A stretch of 32,000 nucleotides of DNA from Mycobacterium tuberculosis H37Rv (GTDB lineage: Bacteria; Actinomycetota; Actinomycetes; Mycobacteriales; Mycobacteriaceae), in assembly GCF_000195955.2 (NCBI RefSeq), contig NC_000962.3:4170001-4202000 (forward strand), written 5' to 3'. Shown here in pieces: positions 16,634 to 26,170 of the stretch. The position numbers and the translations under genes were made by a program. The notes under the pieces are model-generated. The model was not told where the DNA came from. It did not search any database and worked only from the letters and a program-made list of their open reading frames with translations. The stretch's first letter is position 1. Each line of letters begins with the position of its first letter.

Positions 16634-17695
16634 ATGTCCGTGGTGCGCGGGACCGCTCTGGCTAACTACCCGAGCCTGGTTGCCGGGTTGGGCGGTGACC
16701 CGGCCACTCTGCTACGGGCCGCGGGTGTTCGGGATCAGGATGTCGGCAACTATGACGCGTTCATTTCGATCCGGGCAGCGATTCGGGCAATCGAATCGGC
16801 CGCAGCGGTCACCGCCACAATGGATTTCGGGAGACGATTGGCACAGCGGCAAGGGATTGAGATCCTGGGACCGGTCGGTGTGGCGGCCCGCACGGCCGCC
16901 ACGGTCGGTGACGCTCTGGCGATCTTCAACACCTTCATGGCGGCCTACAGCCCAGTTATCGCCATCCGGATCACGCCGCTGGCCGGACAGCGGTCATTTA
17001 TTGCACTCGAGTTCCTGCTCGACGAGCCGGCGTCGTATCCGCAGACCATGGAGCTGGCGCTCGGGGTGGCGCTCGGGGTGATCCGGTTGTTGTTGGGCGC
17101 TGACTACGCCCCACTGGCCGTGCACTTACCCCACGACCCACTCACACCCGAAGCCTTCTACCTGCAGTACTTCGGCTGCCGGCCTTACTTCGCCGAACGT
17201 GTTGGTGGTTTCACCATGCGCACCGCGGACCTGAGCCGTCCCCTCAACCGCGACGATGTCGCCCACCGGGTGGTCGTCGACTACCTGAGCAGCATCACGC
17301 CGCTGGGCGAGGGGATCGTGGAATCGGTGCGCACCATCGTGCGCCAGCTGCTGCCCACCGGAGCGGCGACGCTCAACGTGGTCGCCGAGCAGTTCCACCT
17401 GCACCCGAAAACGCTGCAACGTCGACTTGCGGAGGAGAACACCACATTCGTTATTCTGGTCGATCGGGTCCGCAAGGATGTCGCTGATCGCTACCTAAGG
17501 ACCACCGGGATCGGCCTTACCCATTTGGCACGTGAACTGGGCTACGCCGAACAAAGCGTGTTGACCCGCTCGTGCAAACGCTGGTTCGGAACCGGACCGG
17601 CCGCCTACCGCAACCAGGCCAGGTTACAGACAACCGTGAGCGCACCTGGCAGCGGGCGTGGTCCGAATCCAGGTAACGTCTCAGTATCCTGCTGA
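16634..17695 (+). CDS. AraC-family transcriptional regulator, 353 aa (Rv3736-like)
   Basis: C-terminal HTH: LHPKTLQRRLAEENTTFVILVDRVRKDVADRYLRTTGIGLTHLARELGYAEQSVLTRSCKRWFGTGPAAYR. Confidence 0.93.
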   Translation: MSVVRGTALANYPSLVAGLGGDPATLLRAAGVRDQDVGNYDAFISIRAAIRAIESAAAVTATMDFGRRLAQRQGIEILGPVGVAARTAATVGDALAIFNTFMAAYSPVIAIRITPLAGQRSFIALEFLLDEPASYPQTMELALGVALGVIRLLLGADYAPLAVHLPHDPLTPEAFYLQYFGCRPYFAERVGGFTMRTADLSRPLNRDDVAHRVVVDYLSSITPLGEGIVESVRTIVRQLLPTGAATLNVVAEQFHLHPKTLQRRLAEENTTFVILVDRVRKDVADRYLRTTGIGLTHLARELGYAEQSVLTRSCKRWFGTGPAAYRNQARLQTTVSAPGSGRGPNPGNVSVSC

Positions 17696-17698
17696 CCG

Positions 17699-19288
17699 AT
17701 GGATCAAGATCGATCGGACAACACGGCATTGCGCCGTGGTCTGCGAATTGCCCTGCGCGGGCGCCGCGATCCGCTGCCCGTGGCGGGCCGGCGGAGCCGG
17801 ACCTCCGGCGGAATCGATGACCTGCACACCCGGAAGGTGCTTGACCTGACCATCCGGCTCGCCGAGGTGATGTTGTCGTCCGGCTCTGGCACCGCGGATG
17901 TCGTCGCCACAGCCCAGGACGTGGCTCAGGCCTACCAGCTCACCGATTGCGTTGTCGACATCACCGTTACCACCATCATCGTGTCCGCGCTAGCGACCAC
18001 AGACACTCCGCCGGTCACCATCATGCGGTCGGTCCGGACCCGGTCCACTGACTACAGCCGGCTGGCCGAACTCGATCGACTCGTTCAGCGGATAACCTCC
18101 GGTGGCGTCGCAGTCGACCAGGCTCACGAGGCTATGGACGAGTTGACCGAACGGCCCCACCCCTACCCGCGCTGGCTCGCGACCGCGGGGGCGGCGGGCT
18201 TCGCACTCGGCGTCGCCATGTTGCTCGGCGGAACCTGGCTGACCTGCGTCTTGGCTGCCGTGACGTCTGGCGTGATCGACCGACTGGGCCGGCTGCTGAA
18301 CCGGATCGGGACCCCGTTGTTCTTCCAGCGCGTGTTCGGCGCGGGGATCGCGACCCTGGTCGCGGTGGCGGCTTACCTGATCGCCGGCCAGGATCCGACC
18401 GCGCTGGTGGCCACCGGAATCGTTGTGCTGCTGTCTGGGATGACCTTGGTGGGTTCGATGCAGGACGCGGTCACCGGGTACATGCTCACCGCACTCGCCC
18501 GGCTTGGCGACGCCCTGTTCCTGACCGCAGGGATCGTCGTCGGCATCCTCATCTCGTTGCGGGGCGTCACCAATGCCGGCATCCAGATCGAACTGCATGT
18601 CGACGCAACCACGACGCTCGCCACCCCGGGCATGCCGCTACCGATTCTCGTCGCGGTAAGCGGTGCGGCGCTGTCCGGCGTGTGCCTGACGATCGCGAGC
18701 TATGCGCCGCTACGTTCTGTGGCCACCGCCGGACTCTCGGCCGGACTCGCCGAACTGGTGCTCATCGGACTCGGCGCGGCCGGGTTCGGCCGAGTGGTCG
18801 CCACCTGGACCGCCGCGATCGGCGTCGGCTTCTTGGCCACCCTGATCTCAATCCGTCGGCAGGCTCCCGCCTTGGTGACGGCCACCGCCGGCATCATGCC
18901 GATGCTGCCGGGCCTTGCGGTCTTCCGTGCCGTGTTCGCGTTCGCCGTCAATGACACACCCGACGGCGGTCTGACCCAGCTGCTGGAAGCGGCCGCGACT
19001 GCACTCGCGCTTGGCAGCGGGGTGGTGTTGGGCGAGTTCCTCGCCTCACCATTGCGGTACGGCGCCGGCCGGATCGGCGACCTCTTTCGGATCGAGGGTC
19101 CACCCGGGCTCCGGCGGGCGGTCGGCCGTGTGGTGCGCCTACAGCCGGCCAAGAGCCAGCAGCCGACCGGCACCGGTGGCCAACGGTGGCGAAGCGTCGC
19201 GCTGGAGCCGACGACGGCCGACGACGTGGACGCCGGCTATCGCGGCGATTGGCCCGCTACCTGCACCAGCGCGACCGAGGTGCGCTAG
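17699..19288 (+). CDS. ThrE/ThrP-like amino-acid exporter family membrane protein, 529 aa (Rv3737-like)
   Basis: [22 protein letters not shown]...[30 protein letters not shown]; ten or so hydrophobic segments and [15 protein letters not shown]-like [15 protein letters not shown] motif. Confidence 0.88.
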   Translation: MDQDRSDNTALRRGLRIALRGRRDPLPVAGRRSRTSGGIDDLHTRKVLDLTIRLAEVMLSSGSGTADVVATAQDVAQAYQLTDCVVDITVTTIIVSALATTDTPPVTIMRSVRTRSTDYSRLAELDRLVQRITSGGVAVDQAHEAMDELTERPHPYPRWLATAGAAGFALGVAMLLGGTWLTCVLAAVTSGVIDRLGRLLNRIGTPLFFQRVFGAGIATLVAVAAYLIAGQDPTALVATGIVVLLSGMTLVGSMQDAVTGYMLTALARLGDALFLTAGIVVGILISLRGVTNAGIQIELHVDATTTLATPGMPLPILVAVSGAALSGVCLTIASYAPLRSVATAGLSAGLAELVLIGLGAAGFGRVVATWTAAIGVGFLATLISIRRQAPALVTATAGIMPMLPGLAVFRAVFAFAVNDTPDGGLTQLLEAAATALALGSGVVLGEFLASPLRYGAGRIGDLFRIEGPPGLRRAVGRVVRLQPAKSQQPTGTGGQRWRSVALEPTTADDVDAGYRGDWPATCTSATEVR

Positions 19289-20232
19289 CCAGCCTCGCCA
19301 GCGCCGACCAACTGCTCCCAGCTAGCGGGCACCATCGGCACCGACGGACTACCCCCGAACTCACCACCGGCCAACGTGGTCAACCCCGCAGGACGCCCAA
19401 CGGACTCCTTGCCAGCGGTCCCGGCAAACCCCAACACGCCGGCACCCCGATCCGAAGCCAGCACCGACGCCGACGTGCCCGCGGGAGCTGGCGCCACCGC
19501 CGACACCAGCCTGGCCTCCGGTCGCACCGCGGCAGACTCACGCAACGGCGGCGCCGCTGCAGGTCGTACGGCAACGGGCGCCACGTCCGCCGTCTTTAGG
19601 CCCACTTCGATAGCCTGCGCGTCCGCACTCGCCAGGTCCGCGAGGTACTGGCCAACGCCGATAGGCACCGCAGTCGACAACGAAGTCGACAACGAGGTCG
19701 GCACCGCAATCACGGAGCCGGTGAGCACAAATGGCGATGCGATCACAAGGAGCGGCGGGCCGAAGATGATCGCCAGGACCGCAAAGACGATCGCGTATGC
19801 GAAGATCACGAGCGGCAAGATGAGCACGATGATGATCGTGTATGCGACGATTGCAAACAGGATCTCGAGCGATATCAGAAAGAGCTGAATCAATATCTCG
19901 ATGATGATCCCGATGATGCTGGCGGGGTCCAACGTTGCGGCGGAGATCGCCGGCAGGGCGCTGGCAACGCCAGCACCGCCGTTGAACAGTACCGGAGCCG
20001 GTGTGGTTTGCGGTGCCGACGCCAGCGCCGCATCGGAGGTGCCCTCATAGATACTCATCGTGGTGGCCGCCTGAATCCACATCCGCGCATAGTCGGCCTC
20101 ATTGAGCGCGATCGGGATCGTATTGATTCCAAAGAAATTCGTTCCCAGCAACACCGCATGGCTGGTGTGATTAGCGGCCAACTCGGTCAGCGTCGGCATC
20201 GCCGCCAGCGCGCTGGCATATGCCGTGGTCAT
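19285..20232 (-). CDS. PPE66: PPE family protein, C-terminal portion (PPE66), downstream of an in-frame stop
   Basis: [64 protein letters not shown]: PPE core from its second half onward. Confidence 0.93.
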   Translation of the reverse strand: MTTAYASALAAMPTLTELAANHTSHAVLLGTNFFGINTIPIALNEADYARMWIQAATTMSIYEGTSDAALASAPQTTPAPVLFNGGAGVASALPAISAATLDPASIIGIIIEILIQLFLISLEILFAIVAYTIIIVLILPLVIFAYAIVFAVLAIIFGPPLLVIASPFVLTGSVIAVPTSLSTSLSTAVPIGVGQYLADLASADAQAIEVGLKTADVAPVAVRPAAAPPLRESAAVRPEARLVSAVAPAPAGTSASVLASDRGAGVLGFAGTAGKESVGRPAGLTTLAGGEFGGSPSVPMVPASWEQLVGAGEAG

Positions 20233-20283
20233 AACCTCATGCTGGGTGGCCAGCCGCGCACTGTCGGCACTGGATTTAGTTAG

Positions 20284-20517
20284 CTAGGCTAGATAAGGTA
20301 GGTGGGCGGCCACATAAGCTTCGGCGCTCGGACCCTCCCACGCCCCGCCCTGTACCGCTGCCAGCACCGCAGTGAGCTCTTGGGCTGCCGAAGCATACTC
20401 CGCACTCAGCGATGTCCATTCCGCGGCAGCCGCCTGCAACGAAGCCGGGCCCGGACCGGCGCTGAGCAACGCCGAATGCACCTCCGGCGGCGAGGCAAAC
20501 CAGATGGGCGCCGTCAT
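20284..20517 (-). CDS. PPE67: PPE family protein, N-terminal portion (PPE67), 77 aa
   Basis: [77 protein letters not shown] then TAG. Confidence 0.93.
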   Translation of the reverse strand: MTAPIWFASPPEVHSALLSAGPGPASLQAAAAEWTSLSAEYASAAQELTAVLAAVQGGAWEGPSAEAYVAAHLPYLA

Positions 20518-20832
20518 AGTGAGCCCCCTGAAACCGAATCCACCGCCGGCGACAGCGCGGCCGCCGCCAAACCATCAGGAACTACCCCCTGCGTCACTCC
20601 TCGTACTCCTTCGGTCATCTCACCGACCAACCGCAGCCGAAAGCCGGTCAGTCAACTGACTGGGCCAAGTCGCACACATGACGGACTATAGATCTCACGC
20701 AATATAGCGATAATCGATCATTTCCACGAGCTACGATGCTCGAGTTGCCCAGCCAGCAAGATACGTCCCTTTACACCAGGCAGATAAACTGGGCTGGCTT
20801 TGGTCAAACCCAGCGCGACCCGCAGCACTTCC

Positions 20833-22179
20833 TCATAGCCCGACCGCGCGCTCCAGTTCCTTCAACGAGGTCTCCAGATGGCTGAGTACCCGCTGCACGT
20901 GTGGAACGCTGCGGCGGCAACCCACGACTCCGAAGTCGAGACTATCGGCGGTGCTGGTCAGGGTGATGTTGAGCGCTTGTCCGTCGAGCACCAACGACAT
21001 TGGATAGTTGCCGACCATCCTGGCGCCGTTGAAGTACAGCGGTTCGCGCGCACCGGGCACGTTCGAGATGCACACATTAAACGGCGGTGGCGTTGCCTTG
21101 GCCAAGCCCGGCAGGGTGTTCAGCGCAGCTGGGCTCAACAGCAGCAGTGACACCGCCAACGCCTGGGCGCGGGGCAGCTGCGATAGTACGTTCTTATTAC
21201 CGCGCATCGAAGCGTGGATGGCGTTCAGCCGGTCGGCTGGATCATCAAGGTGGGTGGCCAGATTACACAACACCGCCCCGACCATGTTGCCGCCGACCGA
21301 GTCGCGGTCGGTGCGCAGGCTCACCGGAACCATCGCAACCAGCGGCGTGTCCGGCAGCGCGTCGTTGTCGTCCAGATATTCGCGAAGTGCGCCGGCGCAC
21401 ATCGCCAGCACCACGTCGTTGAGGCTGACCCCGGCCGCGTCTTTCACCGCCTTGACCCGGTCCAACGGCCAGGACTGCGCGGCGCAGCGCCGCGCTCCCC
21501 CGACGGCGACATTGAGCATGGTGTGCGGGGCCCCGAAGGGCAGTGTCAACTGTTGTTCGATCAACGCGGAACGCGCCAGTCGCAACGTTGAGGGAGCGAG
21601 CCCGGCAACCGATCCCAGCATGCCCCCCAGCTGTTGCAGGCGGCCGCGCCGTCGCTTGATGGCGGTGTGCTGCGTCGCCGGTGACCAGGCGGTGCGCAAC
21701 TTGCCCTCGATGGGGTCGGTGGTCATCGGCTGGCGCATCAGCGTAAGTCCGGACACCCCGTCGACCAGGGCGTGGTGCATCTTCGAATAGATCGCAAAGC
21801 GTCCATCCCGGAGGCCCTCGATCACGTGTGTTTCCCAGAGCGGGCGGTGCCGGTCGAGCAGATTGGAGTGTAACCGTGACGTCAGTTCCAGCAGCTCACG
21901 CACCCGGCCCGGCGCCGGCAGGGCAGACCGCCGCGCGTGGTAGCCGAGGTCGACGTCAGCGTCGGTCGACCAGCCGAGGTTGATGAGTGCACCGTGAAGC
22001 GACGTGGGGCGCTTGCGAAATAGCGGTGCTATCTCGCGGCACTGAAGCATCGCCTGATAGGTTTCCCGCACAAACCCACGTCCCGCCCCCGCGGGTGGCT
22101 CGAACAGTTGCAGCGCGCCGACATGCAGCGGATGCTCTCGCGACTCGGCTGATAAGAACAGCGCATCGATCGGTGACAT
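20833..22179 (-). CDS. WS/DGAT acyltransferase, 448 aa (Rv3740c-like); in-frame ATG at 22188 also possible
   Basis: MSPIDALFLSAESREHPLHVGALQLFEPP; HHALVDG; FNVCISNVPGAREPLYFNGARMVGNYPMSLVLDGQALNIT. Confidence 0.93.
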   Translation of the reverse strand: MSPIDALFLSAESREHPLHVGALQLFEPPAGAGRGFVRETYQAMLQCREIAPLFRKRPTSLHGALINLGWSTDADVDLGYHARRSALPAPGRVRELLELTSRLHSNLLDRHRPLWETHVIEGLRDGRFAIYSKMHHALVDGVSGLTLMRQPMTTDPIEGKLRTAWSPATQHTAIKRRRGRLQQLGGMLGSVAGLAPSTLRLARSALIEQQLTLPFGAPHTMLNVAVGGARRCAAQSWPLDRVKAVKDAAGVSLNDVVLAMCAGALREYLDDNDALPDTPLVAMVPVSLRTDRDSVGGNMVGAVLCNLATHLDDPADRLNAIHASMRGNKNVLSQLPRAQALAVSLLLLSPAALNTLPGLAKATPPPFNVCISNVPGAREPLYFNGARMVGNYPMSLVLDGQALNITLTSTADSLDFGVVGCRRSVPHVQRVLSHLETSLKELERAVGL

Positions 22180-22853
22180 CAGTTCCATGGCGTGCTCCTG
22201 GTGATGCGCTTCACCGTCAGCCGGCTCGCCGAAGCCGACGTCGTAAAGCGCAGGTGATCGTCGTCGACCGGGCCCTCGCGCAACACCTTGAGGTCCGCCA
22301 GGGGGCTTCGGCGCCCTGCAGCGGCCGGGTCGGCATGGCTGCGGGCAGCTGCGGACAGCAGATGGTGTGCCCGGGTGCGTCCATGTGGGCCGGCGAAGTT
22401 GGACACGTCGCTGAGCAGGAAACCCTTGAATGCCACCTTCTCGGCAACGTCCACGGCGACTCCGTCGACCGAGAGGTTGATGCCACCGAAGGCCAGCAGA
22501 TTGAGGCCGGTGGCAGTGATGCTGATGTCGGCCGCCAATTCGCGTCCGGATTGCAGCCGGATTCCGTTTTCGGTAAAAGTATCGATCGCCTCGGTGACCA
22601 CCGAGGCCCGGCCGTCGCGGATGGCCTTGAACATGTCGGCATCTGGCACCGCGCACAGGCGTTGGTCCCATGGGTTGTAGACCGGCTTGAAGTGCTCGTC
22701 GGCCGGATATCCGGCGGCCAGCTGCTTGGCGTTGAGATGACGGATCAGTCGCCGGGCGGCTCTCGGATACCGTTGGCATAACCGCCACACCAACCGTTGC
22801 TTGGCGATGTCTTTGCGCCGGGTGACGGCGTAGGCCCGATCGCGGCCTATCAT
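22179..22853 (-). pseudogene. C-terminal fragment of an EthA-like flavin (Baeyer-Villiger) monooxygenase (Rv3741c-like, 224 aa ORF)
   Basis: YAVTRRKDIAKQRLVWRLCQRYPRAARRLIRHLNAKQL...HFKPVYNPWDQRLCAVPDADMFKAIRDGRASVVTEAIDTFTENGIRLQSGRELAADISITATGLNLLAFGG: BVMO C-terminal half, with displaced frames after 22400. Confidence 0.85.
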
Positions 22854-23245
22854 TTGGGCATGGTTACCGCGCCGGCGGTCTGGGCCATGGCCGGCACCAG
22901 CGTGACCGCGGTCGCGCCGCTGCCGATGATCACCATCCGCAGCTCATGGTGACGTGTTCGCCGGTGTCGAAGCGTTCGATCTCCACCAGCCAGCGAGCGT
23001 CCTCGGTGGACCATGATGGCGTCCGCGCTGGCGGTCGCCTTCTCGTGCTGCCACGGCTTGAACTCATAGCTGAACGTGTGCAGGTCGGAGTCGGATCGAA
23101 TTGCTGGATACCGGGCTTCAACGATCGCGAATGTCTTGGCCGGCTGCATTGTCTTTAGGTAGTAGGCGGCGCCAGTGCCGGAGATGCCGGCGCCAACGAT
23201 CAGCACGTCGACGTGTTCGATGCTGGCTGACTGCTCGGAGTGCAC
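22850..23245 (-). pseudogene. N-terminal fragments of the same flavin monooxygenase (Rv3742c-like, 131 aa ORF)
   Basis: IEHVDVLIVGAGISGTGAAYYLKTMQPAKTFAIVEAR|YPAIRSDSDLHTFSYEFKPWQ...|RMVIIGSGATAVTLVPAMAQTAGAVTM; the expected GGTWDLFR segment and a long middle section are missing. Confidence 0.85.
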
Positions 23246-23390
23246 GGCGTACTTCCTGTTCGGGCGAAGGCTGACCCGCGACTTCGTTGTCAACCGGGGG
23301 TGGTGTGCGTCACCGAACTCACTGTGCACCAGCACTCGGCCTTGAGTCTTGACACTAGAAGACAACAATTTGACTTTTCAAGACACAGCG

Positions 23391-25373
23391 TCACCTGTGC
23401 GCGGTGCCAGCGGCGCGGCGCCAGGCCGTGTGGCGCAGTAGGCGCAGCCCATTGAGTCCGACGATGATGGTGGAACCTTCGTGTCGGGCGACGCCCAGTG
23501 GCAATGGCAACGTGAAGGCCAGGTCCCACACAACGAGCCCGGCGATGAATGTCACGGCCACGATGAGGTTGGCGACCACGATGCGGCGGGCTCGCCGCGA
23601 CATGGCGATAACGGTGGGAATGGTGGTCAGGTCATCGCGGACGACGACGGCGTCGGCGGTCTGCAGGGTGAGTTCCGATCGGGCGCTGCCCATGGCGATG
23701 CCGACATGCGCGGCCGCTAAGGCCGGAGCGTCGTTGATACCGTCACCGACCACGGTCAATCTGGCACCTCCAGCTTGCAGCTGCCGCACGGCTGCGACCT
23801 TGTCGTCGGGCAGTAGCCCGGCCCGTACGTCGTCGATGCCAACCTGTACACCGAGCCGATCGGCGGTGGCCCGGTTGTCGCCGGTAAGCAATACCGGTTT
23901 GGCCCCGGTCAGTTTGGTCGCAGCGGAAATCGCCGCGGCGGCTTCGGGGCGAAGCTGATCGGTGATGGCGAGTAGCCCGACGGGATGGCTATCGCATACC
24001 ACGACGACGACGGTGTAGCCCTCGCCTTGCAGAAAGTCGACCGCCGTGATCATGGAAGCTTCGAGCGCGGCGGCGCCGGCAGTGCCCAGCAGTGCCGTCG
24101 CCGATCCGACCGCAATGACGTGGCCATCGACGCGGGCGGTGACACGGCAACCTGGGTGTGCGGTGAACTCGCCGACGGTCGGCAGCCGGATGCGGCGAGA
24201 CTGGGCGGCTTTCACGATGGCCGCACCCAGTGGGTGCTCACTGGGATACTCCGCTGCAGCCGCAAGCCGCAGCAGTTCATCATCGGTGAATCGTCGTTCG
24301 TACACCCAGATGCCGGCGAGTTCGGGGGTACCGCGGGTAAGGGTGCCGGTCTTGTCGAACGCGATCCGTGTGGTGGTTCCAAGTTGTTCCATCACGATCG
24401 CGGACTTGGCGAGCACCCCGTGGCGGCCGGCGTTGGCGATTGCGGCCAATAGTGGCGGCATGGTGGCCAGCACGACCGCACACGGCGACGCGACGATCAT
24501 GAACGTCATGGCTCGCAGCAACGCCCGCTGCAGGGTCTCCCCCCATAGCGGGGGCACCGCGAATACGGCGAGGGTCACGGCGACCATGCCGATCGAGTAG
24601 CGTTGTTCGACTTTCTCGATGAACAGCTGGGTGCGCGCCTTGGTCTGGCTGGCCTGTTCAACCAGGGTGGCAATGCGAGCGACGACGGAATCCCGCGCGA
24701 GCCGGTCGACCCGGATCCGCAGGGCGCCGGTGCCGTTGACAGTGCCGGCGAACACCTGATCGCCGATTGACTTGTCGACGGGCAGCGGCTCTCCGGTGAC
24801 GGTGGCCTGATCGACTTCGCTGCCGCCGGCAAGCACGGTTGCGTCCGCCGAGATGCGCTCACCGGGCCGTACCAGCACGATGTCCCCAATCCTTAGGTCG
24901 GCGGCGTTGACCGTTTCCTCACCACCGCCGGCGCCCACGCGGGTCGCGGTGCCCGGCGCGAGGCCCATTAGCCCACGCACCGAGTCCGCGGTGCGGGCCG
25001 TTACCAGTGCTTCCAGAGCACCGGAGGTTGCGAAGATGACAATGAGCAGAGCGCCCTCGGCGATCTGCCCGATGGCGGCCGCGCCGATCGCCGCGACCAC
25101 CATCAGCAGATCGACATCTAGGGTCCTTCGCTGTAGCGCCTGTAGCCCGGCCAGCCCTGGCTCCCAACCGCCGGTCGCGTAGCACGCCAGAAACAGCGCC
25201 CACCGCACCCATTGCGGTGCTCCGCACAGCTGTGTCAGTAGTCCCGCTGAAAACAGGCCCAACGCCAGCGCGGCCCAACGCATCTCCGACAACGCGAACA
25301 GCTTGGTTCGGCGCGCTAGGACCAACGGCGACGCTGAGGTGCACCGGGCGGGAGAGAGTTCACGAACAGCCAC
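23391..25373 (-). CDS. ctpJ: P1B-type metal cation-transporting ATPase, 660 aa
   Basis: MIVASPCAVVLATMPPLLAAI (SPC motif), FDKTGTLTRGTPEL, VGDGINDAPALAAAHVGIAMG, C-terminal HEGSTIIVGLNGLRLL. Confidence 0.95.
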   Translation of the reverse strand: MAVRELSPARCTSASPLVLARRTKLFALSEMRWAALALGLFSAGLLTQLCGAPQWVRWALFLACYATGGWEPGLAGLQALQRRTLDVDLLMVVAAIGAAAIGQIAEGALLIVIFATSGALEALVTARTADSVRGLMGLAPGTATRVGAGGGEETVNAADLRIGDIVLVRPGERISADATVLAGGSEVDQATVTGEPLPVDKSIGDQVFAGTVNGTGALRIRVDRLARDSVVARIATLVEQASQTKARTQLFIEKVEQRYSIGMVAVTLAVFAVPPLWGETLQRALLRAMTFMIVASPCAVVLATMPPLLAAIANAGRHGVLAKSAIVMEQLGTTTRIAFDKTGTLTRGTPELAGIWVYERRFTDDELLRLAAAAEYPSEHPLGAAIVKAAQSRRIRLPTVGEFTAHPGCRVTARVDGHVIAVGSATALLGTAGAAALEASMITAVDFLQGEGYTVVVVVCDSHPVGLLAITDQLRPEAAAAISAATKLTGAKPVLLTGDNRATADRLGVQVGIDDVRAGLLPDDKVAAVRQLQAGGARLTVVGDGINDAPALAAAHVGIAMGSARSELTLQTADAVVVRDDLTTIPTVIAMSRRARRIVVANLIVAVTFIAGLVVWDLAFTLPLPLGVARHEGSTIIVGLNGLRLLRHTAWRRAAGTAHR

Positions 25374-25388
25374 CCGGCCAACATATCA

Positions 25389-25408
25389 GAATATATGATC
25401 ATATGTTC
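25389..25408. promoter_or_regulatory. Near-perfect inverted repeat in the ctpJ/nmtR divergent region, candidate NmtR operator
   Basis: GAATATATGATCATATGTTC; central 12 bp ATATGATCATAT is a perfect palindrome, outer arms match except one pair; located 15 bp outside the ctpJ start and 31 bp from the nmtR ATG. Confidence 0.75.
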
Positions 25409-25439
25409 ATTTATTTCTTTGGGGATAGGCTGCCTAACC

Positions 25440-25802
25440 ATGGGGCACGGGGTCGAAGGCAGGAATCGTCCGTCAGCGCCGTTGGATTCCCAGGCCGCCG
25501 CGCAGGTCGCGTCCACACTGCAGGCGTTGGCGACTCCGAGCCGGCTGATGATCCTCACCCAGCTACGGAACGGCCCGCTTCCGGTAACCGACCTCGCCGA
25601 GGCTATTGGAATGGAACAGTCCGCCGTCTCGCATCAACTTCGAGTGTTGCGGAATCTCGGCTTGGTCGTGGGCGACCGGGCAGGCCGTAGCATCGTCTAC
25701 AGCCTCTACGACACGCATGTGGCGCAGCTTCTTGACGAAGCCATTTACCACAGCGAGCACTTGCACCTTGGTCTCTCCGACCGGCACCCCAGCGCGGGCT
25801 AA
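25440..25802 (+). CDS. nmtR: ArsR/SmtB-family nickel/cobalt sensor, 120 aa
   Basis: MGHGVEGRNR...LATPSRLMILTQLRNGPLPVTDLAEAIGMEQSAVSHQLRVLRNLGLVVGDRAGRSIVYSLYDTHVAQLLDEAIYHSEHLHLGLSDRHPSAG. Confidence 0.96.
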   Translation: MGHGVEGRNRPSAPLDSQAAAQVASTLQALATPSRLMILTQLRNGPLPVTDLAEAIGMEQSAVSHQLRVLRNLGLVVGDRAGRSIVYSLYDTHVAQLLDEAIYHSEHLHLGLSDRHPSAG

Positions 25803-25885
25803 GCGGTCAGGCTCATAAGCTCGCGGGTCACTTTCACCCATGACCGGCGAGCTTTACAGACCCCAGCGCCTCAAGGGGCACCACC

Positions 25886-26098
25886 TCAAGGGCGCAGCCA
25901 CCGTGGCGGGCGCGCAATCGACAGGTCGTTGCCGACCGAGCGCTGGTGTGCCAGGAATTCGGTGGTCATGACGGCGCAGATGGTGTGCCAACCGAGGTCC
26001 TCGGGTCCGGTCGCACAGCAGCCGTCACGATAGAAGCCGGTAAGCGGATCGGTGCCACCCTGTTCCAGGGCGCCGCCCAGCACATTGCAATCGGACAT
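25886..26098 (-). pseudogene. DUF2237-like protein, apparently truncated by an internal frameshifting deletion (Rv3745c-like, 70 aa)
   Basis: NVLGGALEQGGTDPLTGFYRDGCCATGPEDLGWHTICAVMTTEFLAHQRSVGNDLS, then an expected C-terminal end (GCALEVVPLEAL) in another frame down to 25834. Confidence 0.7.
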
Positions 26099-26170
26099 GG
26101 ACCTAAGTGTCTAAGCTGCGCCAGCCACGCCGTCGGACCTATCAGCTAATTCGGCGCGCGTCGCGGCGCA

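Larger units (their letters stand above)
19285..20517 (-). pseudogene. PPE66/PPE67: Single ancestral PPE gene interrupted by one in-frame amber codon (TGG>TAG likely) at 20284-20286
   Basis: Both parts share one frame (20517 minus 20232 = 285 = 95 codons). Reading through gives [32 protein letters not shown], the expected PPE sequence with W replaced by a stop. Confidence 0.88.

Noticed and set aside
19670-19700. Short tandem repeat GTCGACAACGA(A/G) in PPE66
   Set aside because: Only two in-frame copies encoding LSTSLST; not enough to call a VNTR or a regulatory array.
21987-22781. 264-aa plus-strand ORF
   Set aside because: Antisense to the WS/DGAT 5' end and the BVMO fragment; composition typical of a shadow frame.
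22189-22788. N-terminal extension of the 20833-22788 ORF
   Set aside because: Alternate frame of the decayed monooxygenase. It carries some BVMO-like peptide only because of frame displacement; the acyltransferase starts at MSPID/MELMSPID.
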